Source of the DNA: the human T2T-CHM13v2.0 reference genome, Homo sapiens
DNA length: 64,000 nucleotides
Assembly (NCBI RefSeq): GCF_009914755.1
Contig: NC_060933.1
Reading direction: 5' to 3' (one strand)
The notes under the pieces are model-generated. The model did no database searches and had not been told where the DNA came from. It saw nothing but the letters and a program-made list of their open reading frames with translations. A program made the position numbers and the translations under genes. This document shows, one piece after another, positions 44,613 to 57,283 of the stretch (the first letter of the stretch is position 1; every line of letters starts with the position of its first letter).

Positions 44613-45496
44613 GTTTTTTGTCTCGTAACATTTTTGCATTTAAAGTCTATTTTGTCTGATATTAAGATAGGCAGCCCTGATCTCTTTTGGTTACTATTTG
44701 CTAATAATTTTATTAAGGATCTGGTGTATGTAATAGTCACTTTACTCTTGCTGCTTTCAAAATTCTTTGTCTTTGTCTTTCAACAGTTTAGCTATAATGT
44801 ATCTCAGTGTCAGTCTCTTTGAGTTTATTCTACTTACTTTGTTGAGCTCCTTGGATATGGACATTTATGTCTTTAATCAATTTGGGGAAGTTTTTAGTTA
44901 TTATTTCTTTAAATATTCTCTCTGTTCATTTTTCTCTTCTTCTGGAGCACCAGCAATGTGTATGCTGGTCCACCCAATGGTGTCACACAGGTCACTCAGG
45001 CTGTGATAGCTTTTTTCCAATCTTTTGTTCTTTCTGTTTTTCGGACAATAATTCCCACCATCCTATCTTCAAGTTCACTAACTCTTTCTTCTGCCTGCTC
45101 AAATTTGTCTTTGAATTCCTGTAGTAAATTTTTTTATGTCAGTTATTGAAATTTCCTGTTTCAGAATTTATTTTTAGTTTATTCTTAGATAGTCCATCTC
45201 TTTATTGATATTTCCATTGTGTCTATACATCATTTTCTTTACTTTCTCCATATCTTGTTTAGTTCTTTGAGCATTTTTAAGACAGTTGTTTTAAAGTCTT
45301 TGTCTAGGATATCTGTTATCACATTGTTTTCAAGGATTATTTCTGTTGGTTTATTATTATTTTTTCTTTGAATGAAAGAAAATTTCTGTTTGTTTGTATG
45401 CCTTGTGATTGTTGTTGTTGAACACTGGGCATTTGAGCTAATAGTGATAGCTCTGAGAATAAAATACTCCCCTTGTTCCAGAGTTTTCTGTTTTTC

Positions 45497-45856
45497 GTTT
45501 TTGTTTTTGGTTTTGTTTTTGGTTTTGTTTTTGGTTTGGTTTGGTTTGGTTTGGTTTGGTTTGGTTTGGTTTTGAGAGAGGTTCTCACTCTGTCACACAG
45601 GCTGGAGTGCAGTGACATGATCATGGCTAACTGCAACCTCTACCTCCCAGACTCAAGCAATCCTCCCACCTCAACCTCCTGAGTAACTAGGAACACAGGC
45701 ACTCGCCACGACACCCGGCTAATTTTTTTGTATTTTTGGTCAAGATGGGGTTTTGTCATGTTGCCCAGGCTGGTCTTGAACTCCTGAGCTCAAGCCATCG
45801 ACCACCTACGTGTTCCAAACTGCCGGGATAACAGGTGTGAGCCACTGCACCCTGCC
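45497..45856 (-). mobile_element. AluJ with (TTTGG)n-converted tail
   Basis: Reverse Alu with J-type gatcatggctaactgcaacc, actcaagcaatcctcccacctca; tail 45497-45572. Confidence 0.9.
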
Positions 45857-46659
45857 TTTTGTTTTTGTTTTTGATTATTGTAGGCTTTCTCTATGCTAAG
45901 GATCAACCTGACATAAAAAAGTAAGCTCTTCTTAGATCTTTTCTGAGTTTGTTCCTTCCCCTGAGCATGAGTGATGACTTTCTAGTTTCCTCTATATATG
46001 CAGTTGCTCTTGAGTTTCCAATATTCAATGTCTTATTTCCAAAATGGTAAAAAAAGATAAAAATAAAGGGGAAGGAGGTGCTGATGATTTAAATCCCCTG
46101 GAAGTCACTTCACCAGGGGGAGAGGGGCAGTAGTCACCACATCTTTGTCTTCACCTCTGTGATCATAAGCAACAATCAGTGATCAGAACACAGATCCCCA
46201 ATATTTGGAGGATAAGGTCCTCTTTGTCCACCCTGACTCCCACAGGATGCGTGCAAACTGATCTAGGAACGTGTGCATGGCTTCCGCTGTGCTAAGAGCT
46301 GTAATTGACCAAAAGTAACTTCAATTCACCTTCCAAGTCCTCCTCCGGAGGATACAAGCCATCAATAGACTCTAGAGTTCTGAAATGTTTATATCAGACA
46401 GGCTCTGCCAGTACAGTTGTTACCTAGGAGAGGAGACAGATTTCTGGTATTTCCTACTCCACTATCTATCTTCCCTGAATTGCATTTTTGAGATAATTGA
46501 GACATTACTGTGTTTCCTGGCATAGATGTCAGATCTGAAGTAAACCTAAACATACCTTTTAATATAAACACACATTATCAGTCAAGATAAAGTTAAATAG
46601 ATATTATGCTGACAATGCCCAAATCTAAATCTAATATAAAACCAGTTTATTTTTCATAT

Positions 46660-46960
46660 ATGTGGCATTGGTTGGGATTCTATGCAATGGCTCAATAATC
46701 CAGATTGCTTGGGTCTTGAAGCCCTAAAATTTCAGCATGGGACATTCTCTGTAATTGTCAGGCACAAGCGAGAAAGGCATAAAAGTTATCTCACTAAATA
46801 CTTGAGACTCAAAGTGATATACTTCACTTTTCCATACAGCCTGCAGACAAAACCCATCATATAGCTCTGCCTAGCTACAAGGGGATGGCAAAATATAATC
46901 CCATATATCTGAAAGGAGAGAAGAACCAGATATGGGTAAGCACTACAAGTTTTTACCACA
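46660..46960. mobile_element. Ancient MLT1-like LTR fragment
   Basis: ctgcctagctacaaggggatggcaaaatataatccc...gagaagaaccagatatgggtaagcact resembles an MLT1J/K-type terminus. Confidence 0.5.
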
Positions 46961-48009
46961 ATATTTATTATGAAAATTAGAAACAATTATAGAGTTAAAT
47001 AAGTACTCAGTGGTATAACCTCCTTCCTAATGTAGAAATCTCTTCCAAGATGTCACCAGCGCTTTAACTAACTTTTGTTCAAATGCCTCTACTGTCATGG
47101 AACTCACAGCCTCATTATTAAATATTTTCTTCTTTGTTGTAATTGTTGAACTAAAATCTTCCTTCTGATAATTCACAAGATTTGCTTTACCCTGTGACTG
47201 TCACTTTCAATGTTTGCACTTTATTAAAAAAGAAAAACAACTGTAGAAAATGAGGTGCAAATTAAGACGACATATTTATTTTAAAAATGAAGAAAAACCA
47301 AGTACTTGATGAAAGAATAGATCACTTTTAAGAGCTAAGAATGCTTAGGAAAAGTCACAAGATATAATCAGTCAGTTAGAGTTTTCTTTTAATTTTTTTA
47401 GACTACAAATTATTCTTCAGAAGATGAGGATGGATGTGCAATAGGGCTTATTGTCTTTTTGCTTTTCATTTTTATTGTTGTGTGTATATAACACCTTCCT
47501 TATGAAAAAATAAGTTTTATGCAGCAAATTTCTGAATAAAAACAAAGGAAAGTTTAATACCTTAGGTAAATTTTAAGCTATCTTTTTTAATCTATTAGCC
47601 AGATACAAGTATTTTGTGTAAAATATTATATTTCAAAAAATGATAAACTGTGCTGATGGGAGTGACTAATGTTTAAAGGCCAAATTTTTTTATTCAGTGA
47701 TTAAAATAATAATGGGAATATCTAATATATACCTTCCATGAACAGAGAACATAAAGTATTTTGTAACTGGAAGATTATGCTTCATCTATTCACAATAAGA
47801 GTTTGCTTTCCATTTGAACTTTCTTATTGATTAATACCTGGATTTAATTTTCTCTCTCACCAGCTTCCTATTTTGTTTGTTTAAATTTTTCATGCATATT
47901 GGCAGACTATCATTGAACAAATCAGAAAGAATATAGTGCTCCATTTTTATTGGCCTACTTATAATTCTGCATACGAAAATAGCTTAATGGTTGAGCTCAT
48001 TTCAAAAAA

Positions 48010-48295
48010 GGACCAGATGCAGTGGTTCACACCTGTAATCCTAGCACTTTGGGAGGCCAACGTGGGCAGATCACTTGAGGTCAGGAGTTTGAGACCAGTC
48101 TAGTCAACATGGTGAAACCCCGTCTCTACTAAAAATTCAAAAATTAGCCACGCGTGGTGGTGGGTGTTTGTAATCCCAGCTACTCAGGAGTCTGAGGCAG
48201 GAGAATCGCTTGAATCTGGGAGATAGAGGTTGCACTGAGCCAAGATAGCACCACTGGACTTCAGCCTGAGTGACAAAGCAAGACTGTGTTTCAAA
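48010..48295 (+). mobile_element. AluS, tail eroded
   Basis: Complete Alu dimer sequence. Confidence 0.93.
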
Positions 48296-48599
48296 TATAT
48301 ATCAATATGGGAAAAGATTTCATAATGACCACTGACTAAAAGGAGACTCAGTAAGTCCCCAAAATATAACAACATAATTAGACAAGGAGTTTGATATTAA
48401 ATATCATAGGCTACTTTGTCTATAATTGTTAATACAAGATGTCAACACAGTTCAAAAATGAAATATATATTGTATGAATCAATTTCTCATCTCCTTAGAC
48501 ATGTTTGACTGCTTTTTATAATTATCTCTCTGTCCCTCCACCCTCCTTTAGTCTTCCTGTTTATTTTAAATGATATAATAACACAATCACAGCAGTTGT

Positions 48600-48760
48600 A
48601 ACGTTGTGGAAATAGTGCTAGAAATGGGACTAAGACGACCTGTTCAGTCTCAGCTTGCTTATTTAATGGTACACAAATTTGAGCAGATCATTTTAGTTTT
48701 TTGAACCTCCATGAATAAAGATACCTACCTCATAGAATTGTATGAGGATTAAATATGAGA
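48600..48760 (+). mobile_element. MIR
   Basis: atacctacctcatagaattgtatgaggattaaat. Confidence 0.65.
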
Positions 48761-50091
48761 TGTGTTGAAATTTGCCCCAGTGCTGTCAGTACTTCTTGAG
48801 TTCCCATCCCTTTATGATGTCCACAGAGACAAAAGGTCTCAGACAAAAAGCTAGAATTATGAAACAAGTGAAAGTCAAATATAATAATTGAAAAAAATCT
48901 ATAGGCCTTTGAAAGTTATAAATACAGAATAAATAGTGCTAATGGATCATTTTCTAATTTTTAGAAAAGGCCTTTTTCCCTATAGAGTTTATATCAGTGC
49001 ATTTTTACAATTGTACTGAAGAATTTTTATAAATATTTTACAAAATAAAGAAATCGCTGTTGACAAAGCATTTGTGGACCTCAAGAGATTCTGGATGCTG
49101 TGTGTGATAGATGTGAATAAACAGACATGCCAACACCAACATTTACAATAAAGAGCATGCCAGCCTATGCTATCAGTGGCCTCTCTTTCTCAATATGACC
49201 CATGGGAATACAAACACATATTTTTCTGCCGCTTTTCTGAATGGGTATGCATTTCTGCATGAAGACTACTACTTCCTACCCACTCCCTCATACTGGACAT
49301 TCTAGGTCCCTGGGCTTCCTGTTTAGTGGAGGGTTACTAAGAGATGTTAATTGACAATCAAGTGCAGAAATTCTTTTATATTACTAATAGTATAACCCTG
49401 TAACCCTATTCCGTGACTCTGCAATGAAAAGGGAGGATGCTATAGCACCCCCAAATAAAAGCCTTAAGTAATCAAACTCACACAGTTATAGACATAACTT
49501 ATTTTAATTATCTGCTTAATTTAAATTTAAGTGATATTTGTTAACCATACAGAGTCCATGGGGTAACAGTGATTGGGAGTGCCTCCTCTAGTCCATCATC
49601 TTGTGCCTGAGCAAGGTTACTGCACTTGGAACCTCATCCTCCTGGCTTGGCTTCCACAGTCACATTACAGCAATCCTCCACACCGCTCTCACGGTGCTCT
49701 CTATCCCTCTTCCAGCACCTCAGTGCTACCAAATTCTTCATTCCCTCCTCTTGTGATGTAACTTCTAACATCCCGTCTCATGGCAGATTATTAGAGTGCG
49801 TAAGGAGGAAACAGAGGTAAATTTTGGTTCTGATGAAGAGGTAGAAGGGGTCAGGAGGTTTCCATCATTGTCTGTCTTCTGCAAGGTTATCTAAAAAGTG
49901 AAGAGACATCCTTAAAGTGAGTATTGACCAAATGTCAGTTGTCTCTTCAGACTTCCTATGGTTTAAAAATAAATGAAAAGAAAAAAGCTCTGTTTTCTTA
50001 CCTAAATTTGAGTTATATTACCAAAGGCCCCTTAGGTAATGGGGCCTTTATACGTTCCAGAGTAAGTAGCATATGGTGTGTGCATGCATGT

Positions 50092-50115
50092 TTCTCTCTC
50101 TCTCTCTCTCTCTCA

Positions 50116-50156
<41 letters not shown>

Positions 50157-50174
50157 AGTGGAGAGAGAGAGAGA
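50092..50174. repeat. Compound (CT)n-(GT)n-(GA)n microsatellite
   Basis: Read directly from the sequence. Confidence 0.92.
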
Positions 50175-51950
50175 CGAAGAAAAGGGAGGAGTGATAATCC
50201 TTCTAAACGTATACAAGTTGCTTGTGAGAAAAATAGCAGTAATCATAACACACCAAGTCCCTTACTGCTGGTAATGCTTTTCATGTGTCTCTCCAGATTG
50301 CCTAATTTTAACTTCTTAAATGTCTCATCTCCTCCTCTATACCCTGGAAAATTATAATATGCTGATTCAATTTAAAAAAGTTATTTGAAATGTAGCCAAA
50401 CTCATTTGATCTTCCTCAATTCATCACTGCATATGGGTTTCATCCCATTTTATTAGTAAATTTGACACTGATTATGATAAATCCATCCAGTGCCACACAT
50501 CTCCATCTGCAAATTTCAAGGTTTAATTTTAAACTTTTTAGGGTAAGAGGTTTTTAAAATATTTTCAACCTGTAGGATTTCCAAGACCTTATTTCTAAAT
50601 GTTTCAATATGACCAATCTTATACATGTGATTTTATATTTCTATATCATATATAAAAAAGATTTAGATTATTTAGGCTTTCAGTTAGTTCTTTTTATACA
50701 TGAAGCTACTTTTACGAGCAAGATGAAGGGGAAGTGAGATAGTGGCAGTTGCTGTCTTTTGGATGACAGGCCAATTTACTTCTTGCTTCTAAAGGAAGTA
50801 GGCTTTACCCTTTAAACCTCCCCCATCATATGTTCTTGCATGTACTGTTTCCTTTCATCAGTAAGTTCTCCTGATCTTCTCTGTCTCTCCCTCTCTCTCT
50901 ATCTCTCTCTCTGTTTGACTGTTTCTCTGACATTACCCAAAGATAACTGTTTTTTTTTTCTGGTCTCAGAATTATTCGATGTCCTTTAGTAGTGAGGTCA
51001 GCTTCCACAAATGCCTAATTAAAAAAAATTTTCCTTAAAATAGGCAAGAGGAGGAGGAGTTGAATTCCAAACACCTGGAGTCTCCTTTGATTAGCAGTAT
51101 TTAATTTCTGATAGTACCCAATTTATGGCATTTTAGTGAAGACAATTCTAAAAGTTAACAGAGAAGTCAGGCCAATCTTTCCGATAGGATGACACACTCC
51201 TTTGTAAATCTTTAAATGCTTTTCATTGCATTATTTGTGAGTAGGGACCAGCAGTGTTCCTAAATAGGAAGTGTGTTTTTTGCCAACAGTAAGTCCCATA
51301 GATCTCTGGTTTTCCTGTTTAGTGGAGGGTTACTAAGAGAGAGTACTTAATTTCTCACAGTTGGAAATTTTCCTGGTTTCTCTAGACCATGTAATTCTTC
51401 AAAATGTTATAGGGTAGACCAAGTTCTGAATTTTACCTGTGCTTTTGATTAGGCTTCAGTTTGTTTTACAGATTATTGTATTTCTTGTCTCCTTCTGTGC
51501 TTTTTCCACAGTGCAGGCAGTAATCACAATATCCTTCATAGAGTGTACTACCTTGCCCTTAAGGATGTTAGAAACGCATGGTATCGATTCCCATTGTGCA
51601 TTTAGATAATAGCAATACAAGCACAGAATATTATCTTGGCACCATAGAAGCTCTACAATCCCCAAGTGTCAGTAGTACATTTTCTTCAAACGTTAGCAAC
51701 CTCAATCCCTGGCAAGAAAAAAAACAGATTATGCAATCTATAATGATCTTACTCTTCAGCAAAATTCTATTTTTTTGTGTTCGTTATTAGAAATTTCCAC
51801 AGACATATTTTAGCAGTCATATTTCTGCCTGCCCAGCTAGAGTAAGCTCAGTGAGGAAGGGGGTCTGTTGCTACTCTTCTTTAATGATGGAAACACTGAG
51901 GAGTATATGAGGAATTTTACCCATTAGATGTGTGAGGCTAAGAGATCTTT

Positions 51951-52014
51951 GATCATGCCACTGCTCTCCAGCCTGGGCGACAGAGTGAGACCCTGTCCCA
52001 AAAAAAAAAAAAAA
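51951..52014 (+). mobile_element. Alu 3'-end fragment
   Basis: GATCATGCCACTGCTCTCCAGCCTGGGCGACAGAGTGAGACCCTGTCCC plus A-tail. Confidence 0.88.
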
Positions 52015-52292
52015 TGATATGTCCACTCATTAAAAACTTCTGTCAGACCACTCTTTTTTATAAATTTTTAAATTTTTTAATGATCTAACAAGCTTTATTT
52101 TTATCATTGTTAAAAAAATCCTTCTTTTGAGTAACACAATCACAAAGTAAAGAATGTTATCATTGATTTAACCAGTAAAAAAACAATACTTAACAATAAA
52201 ATTTTTCAAACATGGCTCCAGGCCATCCAGATGACTTAGTTATCCTCCTTTGATGCCCTTCTCTTCTTCGAATGAATCACAATGAGGCAGAA

Positions 52293-54445
52293 AAATTTTC
52301 ATGGGTGCAGAGTAGGTGTATATATTTATGGAGTATGTGAGATATTTTGATACAGGCATACAACATGAAATAAGCACATCATGGAGAATGGGGTATTCAT
52401 ACCCTCAAGCATTTATCCTTTGAGTTACAAACAATCCAATAACACTTTTTAAGTTATTTAAAAATATACAGTTATGATTGACTATAGTCACCCTATTGTG
52501 CTATCAAACAGTAGGTCTTATTCATTCTTGCTAATTTTTTTGTACCTATTGACTATCCCTACTTCCCTACTCCCCTCAGACACCCACTACCTTTCCCAGC
52601 CTCCATTCTTCTACTCTTTATGTCCATAAGTTCAATTGTTTTGAGGTTTAGATTCCACAAATAAGTGAGAATAAGTGATGTTTGTCTTTCTGTGCCTGGC
52701 TTATTTCACTTAACAGAATGTCTAGTTCCATCCATGTTGGTGCAAATGACTGGATCTCATTGTTTTACTGCATTTTGCATATGTACCATATTTTCTTAAT
52801 CCATTCATCTATTGATGAACACTTAGGTTGCTTCCAAATTTTAGCTTTGTAAACAGTGCTGCAATAAACATAGGAGTGCAGATATCTCTTCAATATATTG
52901 ATTTCCTTTCTTTTGGGTATATATCTAGCAGTGGGATTGCTGGATCATATAGTGGCTCAATTTTTAGTTTTTTGAGGAAACTCCAAACTTTGCTCCATAG
53001 TGGTTGTACTAATTTACATTACTACCAACGCTGTATGAGGGTTTCCTTTTCTCCACATCCTTGTCAACATTTCTTATTGCCTGAATTTTGGACATAAGCC
53101 ATTTTAATTGGGGTAAGAGGGTATCTCACAATAGTTTTGATTTGTACTTCTCTAATGATCAATAATGTTGAGTATCTTTTCATAAGTCTGTTTGCCATTT
53201 GTATGTCTTCTTTTGATAAATGTCTGCTCAAATATTTTGCCCATTTTTTTATTGGATTATTAATTTTTTTCTATAGAATTTTTTGAGCTTCTCATATATT
53301 CTGGATATTAATCCCTTGTCAAATGGGTAGTTTACAAATATCTTATCCCATTCTGTGGGTTGTCTCTTCACTTCATTGATTGTACTCTTTGCTGTGCAGA
53401 AGATTTTTAACTAGATGTGATCCCATTTGTTCATTTTTGCTTTGGCTACCTGTGCTTGTGTGGTATTGCTCAAGAAATCTTTGTCAAGACCAATGTCCTC
53501 AAGATTTTCCTCAATGTTTCTTCATTGTAGTTTCATAGTTTGAGGTCTCAGATTTAAATATTTAATCAAATCATTTTTTATTTGATTGTTGTATATGGAA
53601 CGAGATAGGGACCTAATTTCATTCTTTTGCATATGGGTATGTAGTTTGCCAGCACCATTTATTAAAAAGACTGTCTTTTCCCCAGTGTATGTTCTTGGTA
53701 TCTTGGTGAAAAATGTCTTTACTGTAGGTGTGTGATTTTGTTTTTGGGTTCTCCTGTTCCATTGCTCTATGTGTCTGTTTTTAGGCCAGTACCATGCTGT
53801 TTTTGCTACTATCACTCCGTAGTATAATTTGAAGTAAAGTAATATGATTCCTCCAGTTTTGTTATTTTTGCTTAGGATAACTTTGCCTCTTCAAGGTTTG
53901 GTGTTCCATATAAATTTTAGGATTTTCTTTCTGTTTCTGTGAAGAATGTCTTTGGTATTTTGATAGGAATTGCATTGAATCTGTAGATTGCTTTAGGTAA
54001 TACGGACTTTTTAACAATCTTGATTCTCCCAATCCATGAACATATAATATTTTTCCATTATTTGGTGTCTTCTTCAATTTCTTTCATCAATGTTTTGTAG
54101 TTATCATTATAGAGACCTTTCATTCATTGGTTAATTCCTAGGTATTTAATTTTATGTGTGGCTATTGTAAATGGGATTACTTTTTTATTTCTTTTTCACA
54201 TTTTTCACTGTTGGTATATGGAAACTTTGCTGATTTTGGTATGCTGATTTTGTATCCTGCAACTTTACTGAATTTGTTTGTCAGCTCTAATAGTTTTTTA
54301 GAGGAGTCTTTAGGTTTTATTCAAATATAAGATCTTATCATCAGCAAACAAGGATAATTTGACTTCTTCATTTCCAATTTGGATGCTCTTTATACCTTCT
54401 CTTGCCTGGTTGCTCTAGCAAGGTAATATGTTGAATAACAGTTGA
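52293..54445 (-). mobile_element. 5'-truncated L1MA (L1MA1-3-like) abutting the TYRP1 promoter
   Basis: Reverse L1MA 3'UTR (gtaggtgtatatatttatgg...cctcaagcatttatcctttg) and ORF2 C-terminal remnants ([17 protein letters not shown]). Confidence 0.92.
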
Positions 54446-54573
54446 ATAACAGAATAAAAAAAAATCTCTGCAAAGTAAACAAATCTCACTAGTTTATCTG
54501 ACTTGTATTCCAAATTAGTGCTTCTGGCCTTTTCTTAAAACTTTAAGCATCACAAGGAAATCAGTTGGAAGGG

Positions 54574-54584
54574 AATCATGTGCT
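54574..54584 (+). promoter_or_regulatory. M-box (MITF binding site) of the TYRP1 promoter
   Basis: AATCATGTGCT versus M-box consensus AGTCATGTGCT; T-flanked CATGTG core, ~210 bp upstream of the inferred TSS. Confidence 0.9.
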
Positions 54585-54626
54585 GATCAAGTCCTTAAAG
54601 GGCAGAAATATTCACTGAAGTGAAAA

Positions 54627-54765
54627 GGATTAGTAAAGGGTGGAAAAAAAGACCAGCCCCCCGCCTAGTTTGGGTGAGCAGATTTGGGATTAATTATCAG
54701 GCAGCAATCCACATGCACTTAACAGTTCTGACGTGAGAGGACAAGAAACACAAGCAAATATAAAA
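54627..54765 (+). promoter_or_regulatory. TYRP1 proximal promoter motifs: two OTX-type GGATTA sites, GC-box, E-box, CRE-like site, TATA box
   Basis: GGATTA 54627-32 and 54687-92; GCCCCCCGCC ~54656-65; CACATG 54710-15; TGACGTGA 54729-36; TATAAAA 54759-65. Confidence 0.7.
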
Positions 54766-54784
54766 CATTCAATTCTAAGAGAAG

Positions 54785-54814
54785 TTCATCAGAGACATCC
54801 TTCAGGATTGTGAG
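54785..54814 (+). other. TYRP1: TYRP1 non-coding exon 1 (start approximate)
   Basis: Lies ~25 nt after TATAAAA (54759) and ends at donor GAG|GTACTG (54815). The joined sequence GGATTGTGAG-CTGGATTTTCC matches the TYRP1 5'UTR as recalled. Intron 1 is 420 bp. Confidence 0.8.
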
Positions 54815-55187
54815 GTACTGGAAAGAAGTCCTATGGGGAGTGGGTGGACACGTGCCAAAACTCCATTAGTGTAAGGGACTTTAAATCACAGAAATTAACT
54901 TGCTGGAAATCTGTTCCCAATTCTTCCTTCAGCTCCAAGGTTAAATTAAATGTAATTAATGATGGTGACCTGCTAATTCATGCTTTTGATAACTGATATC
55001 TAGTATGTATATATATATAAACAAAATGACGAGGACAGGGAATTTAATTATTTGGGTATCACACATGCAGGTGTTATATATGCCAAATTTTAAAGGTAAA
55101 TTACTACTTTTATTATTTGTGTGAAATGTCATTTTACATATGGGTTCCATTTTGAAAGTGGTTTGGGAAGGGGGCATACCATTTTAA

Positions 55188-55721
<534 letters not shown>

Positions 55722-55799
55722 TGAGTTCATAAGTCCTGCATGAGACTCAAGGCTCTTAATAAAATCTTAAATCATTTGAGCTGGAGGAATACCTGGAAA

Positions 55800-55910
55800 T
55801 CATATAGCTCAACCCTCTCTTTTCATAGTTGAGGAAACTGAGGCTTAGAAAGGTTAAGAAACTTGTTTAATGTAAAGGGTTGGAGTTGAAGCTCAGAACT
55901 TCTGATCAAT
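55800..55910 (-). mobile_element. MIR in TYRP1 intron 2
   Basis: ttttcatagttgaggaaactgaggcttagaaaggttaag. Confidence 0.7.
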
Positions 55911-56770
55911 ATTTTATTCTGAAACATTTATTGAGCAACCACTATATCCTAGGAACTGTGTTAGGTATTATGACTAGTCAATTCAGTAACTCCTTCAGGT
56001 AAACATGTTAATTGTCATAGATGAGGTTCAGAAAGTTCAAATCCACACAGGTGATATTTAGTAAACCTGGAATTCATGCTGAGATCTACCTAGCCCTTAT
56101 ATTTTAGTTCTGCAACTACCCCTGCTGACCCTTAAAGAAGTTTCCCACCATGATGATCAAATTCAGCATTTGAGATGAAGAGTTTGGCCTGCAGACTAAA
56201 TAGCATTAAATAACAAAGCACTAAACAGTAACAGCCAACAATATTTGATTGTGTTCTATGTGCGAGATAGTAGACTAAGGGTTTAAATGAACATGTATTG
56301 AGTCCTTACTATGAGTTAGGCCTTGGGCTAATTGCTTTTTATGTGTGTGGTCTTTGAACTTTCAATTCTGTAAAGCAAGTATTATTTTTATCCACATTTT
56401 AATGATTAAAAAAAAACTAAGACTTGGAAAAATGTGCCCAAAGTCATAGAATAATTCTCTGGTCTTAACTACTATGTTATATCACCTAATTTTCAAAGAT
56501 TTATAATGTTAAAAAGACAGAAAATTCCAACAAAAATGCCAACAGTGGGCAGAAATCAACATGACAAGGTCACAGAAACATAAAATCCATAGGTAAGATT
56601 AAAGAAAGGTAATATAAATCATGCAGTAAATTGGAGAGAGAAAAGGGAAGAAAGAGAGAGAAAGCAGGCTTGAAGAAAGGGTTTTAGTTAAGGATATTTT
56701 TAAAAGTGTAAAATAATTTAAAACACATTTGAACAGATGGATAAATGGGTCGTGGTGTGTTACAAGATGA

Positions 56771-57283
<513 letters not shown>

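Larger units (their letters stand above)
42875..46480 (-). mobile_element. Internally deleted L1MB-like LINE (3'UTR, ORF2 pieces, ORF1, 5' region), interrupted by AluJ and (TA)n
   Basis: L1MB 3' end at 42875, an abrupt jump at ~43760, reverse ORF1-like sequence at 44720-45450. Confidence 0.75.
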
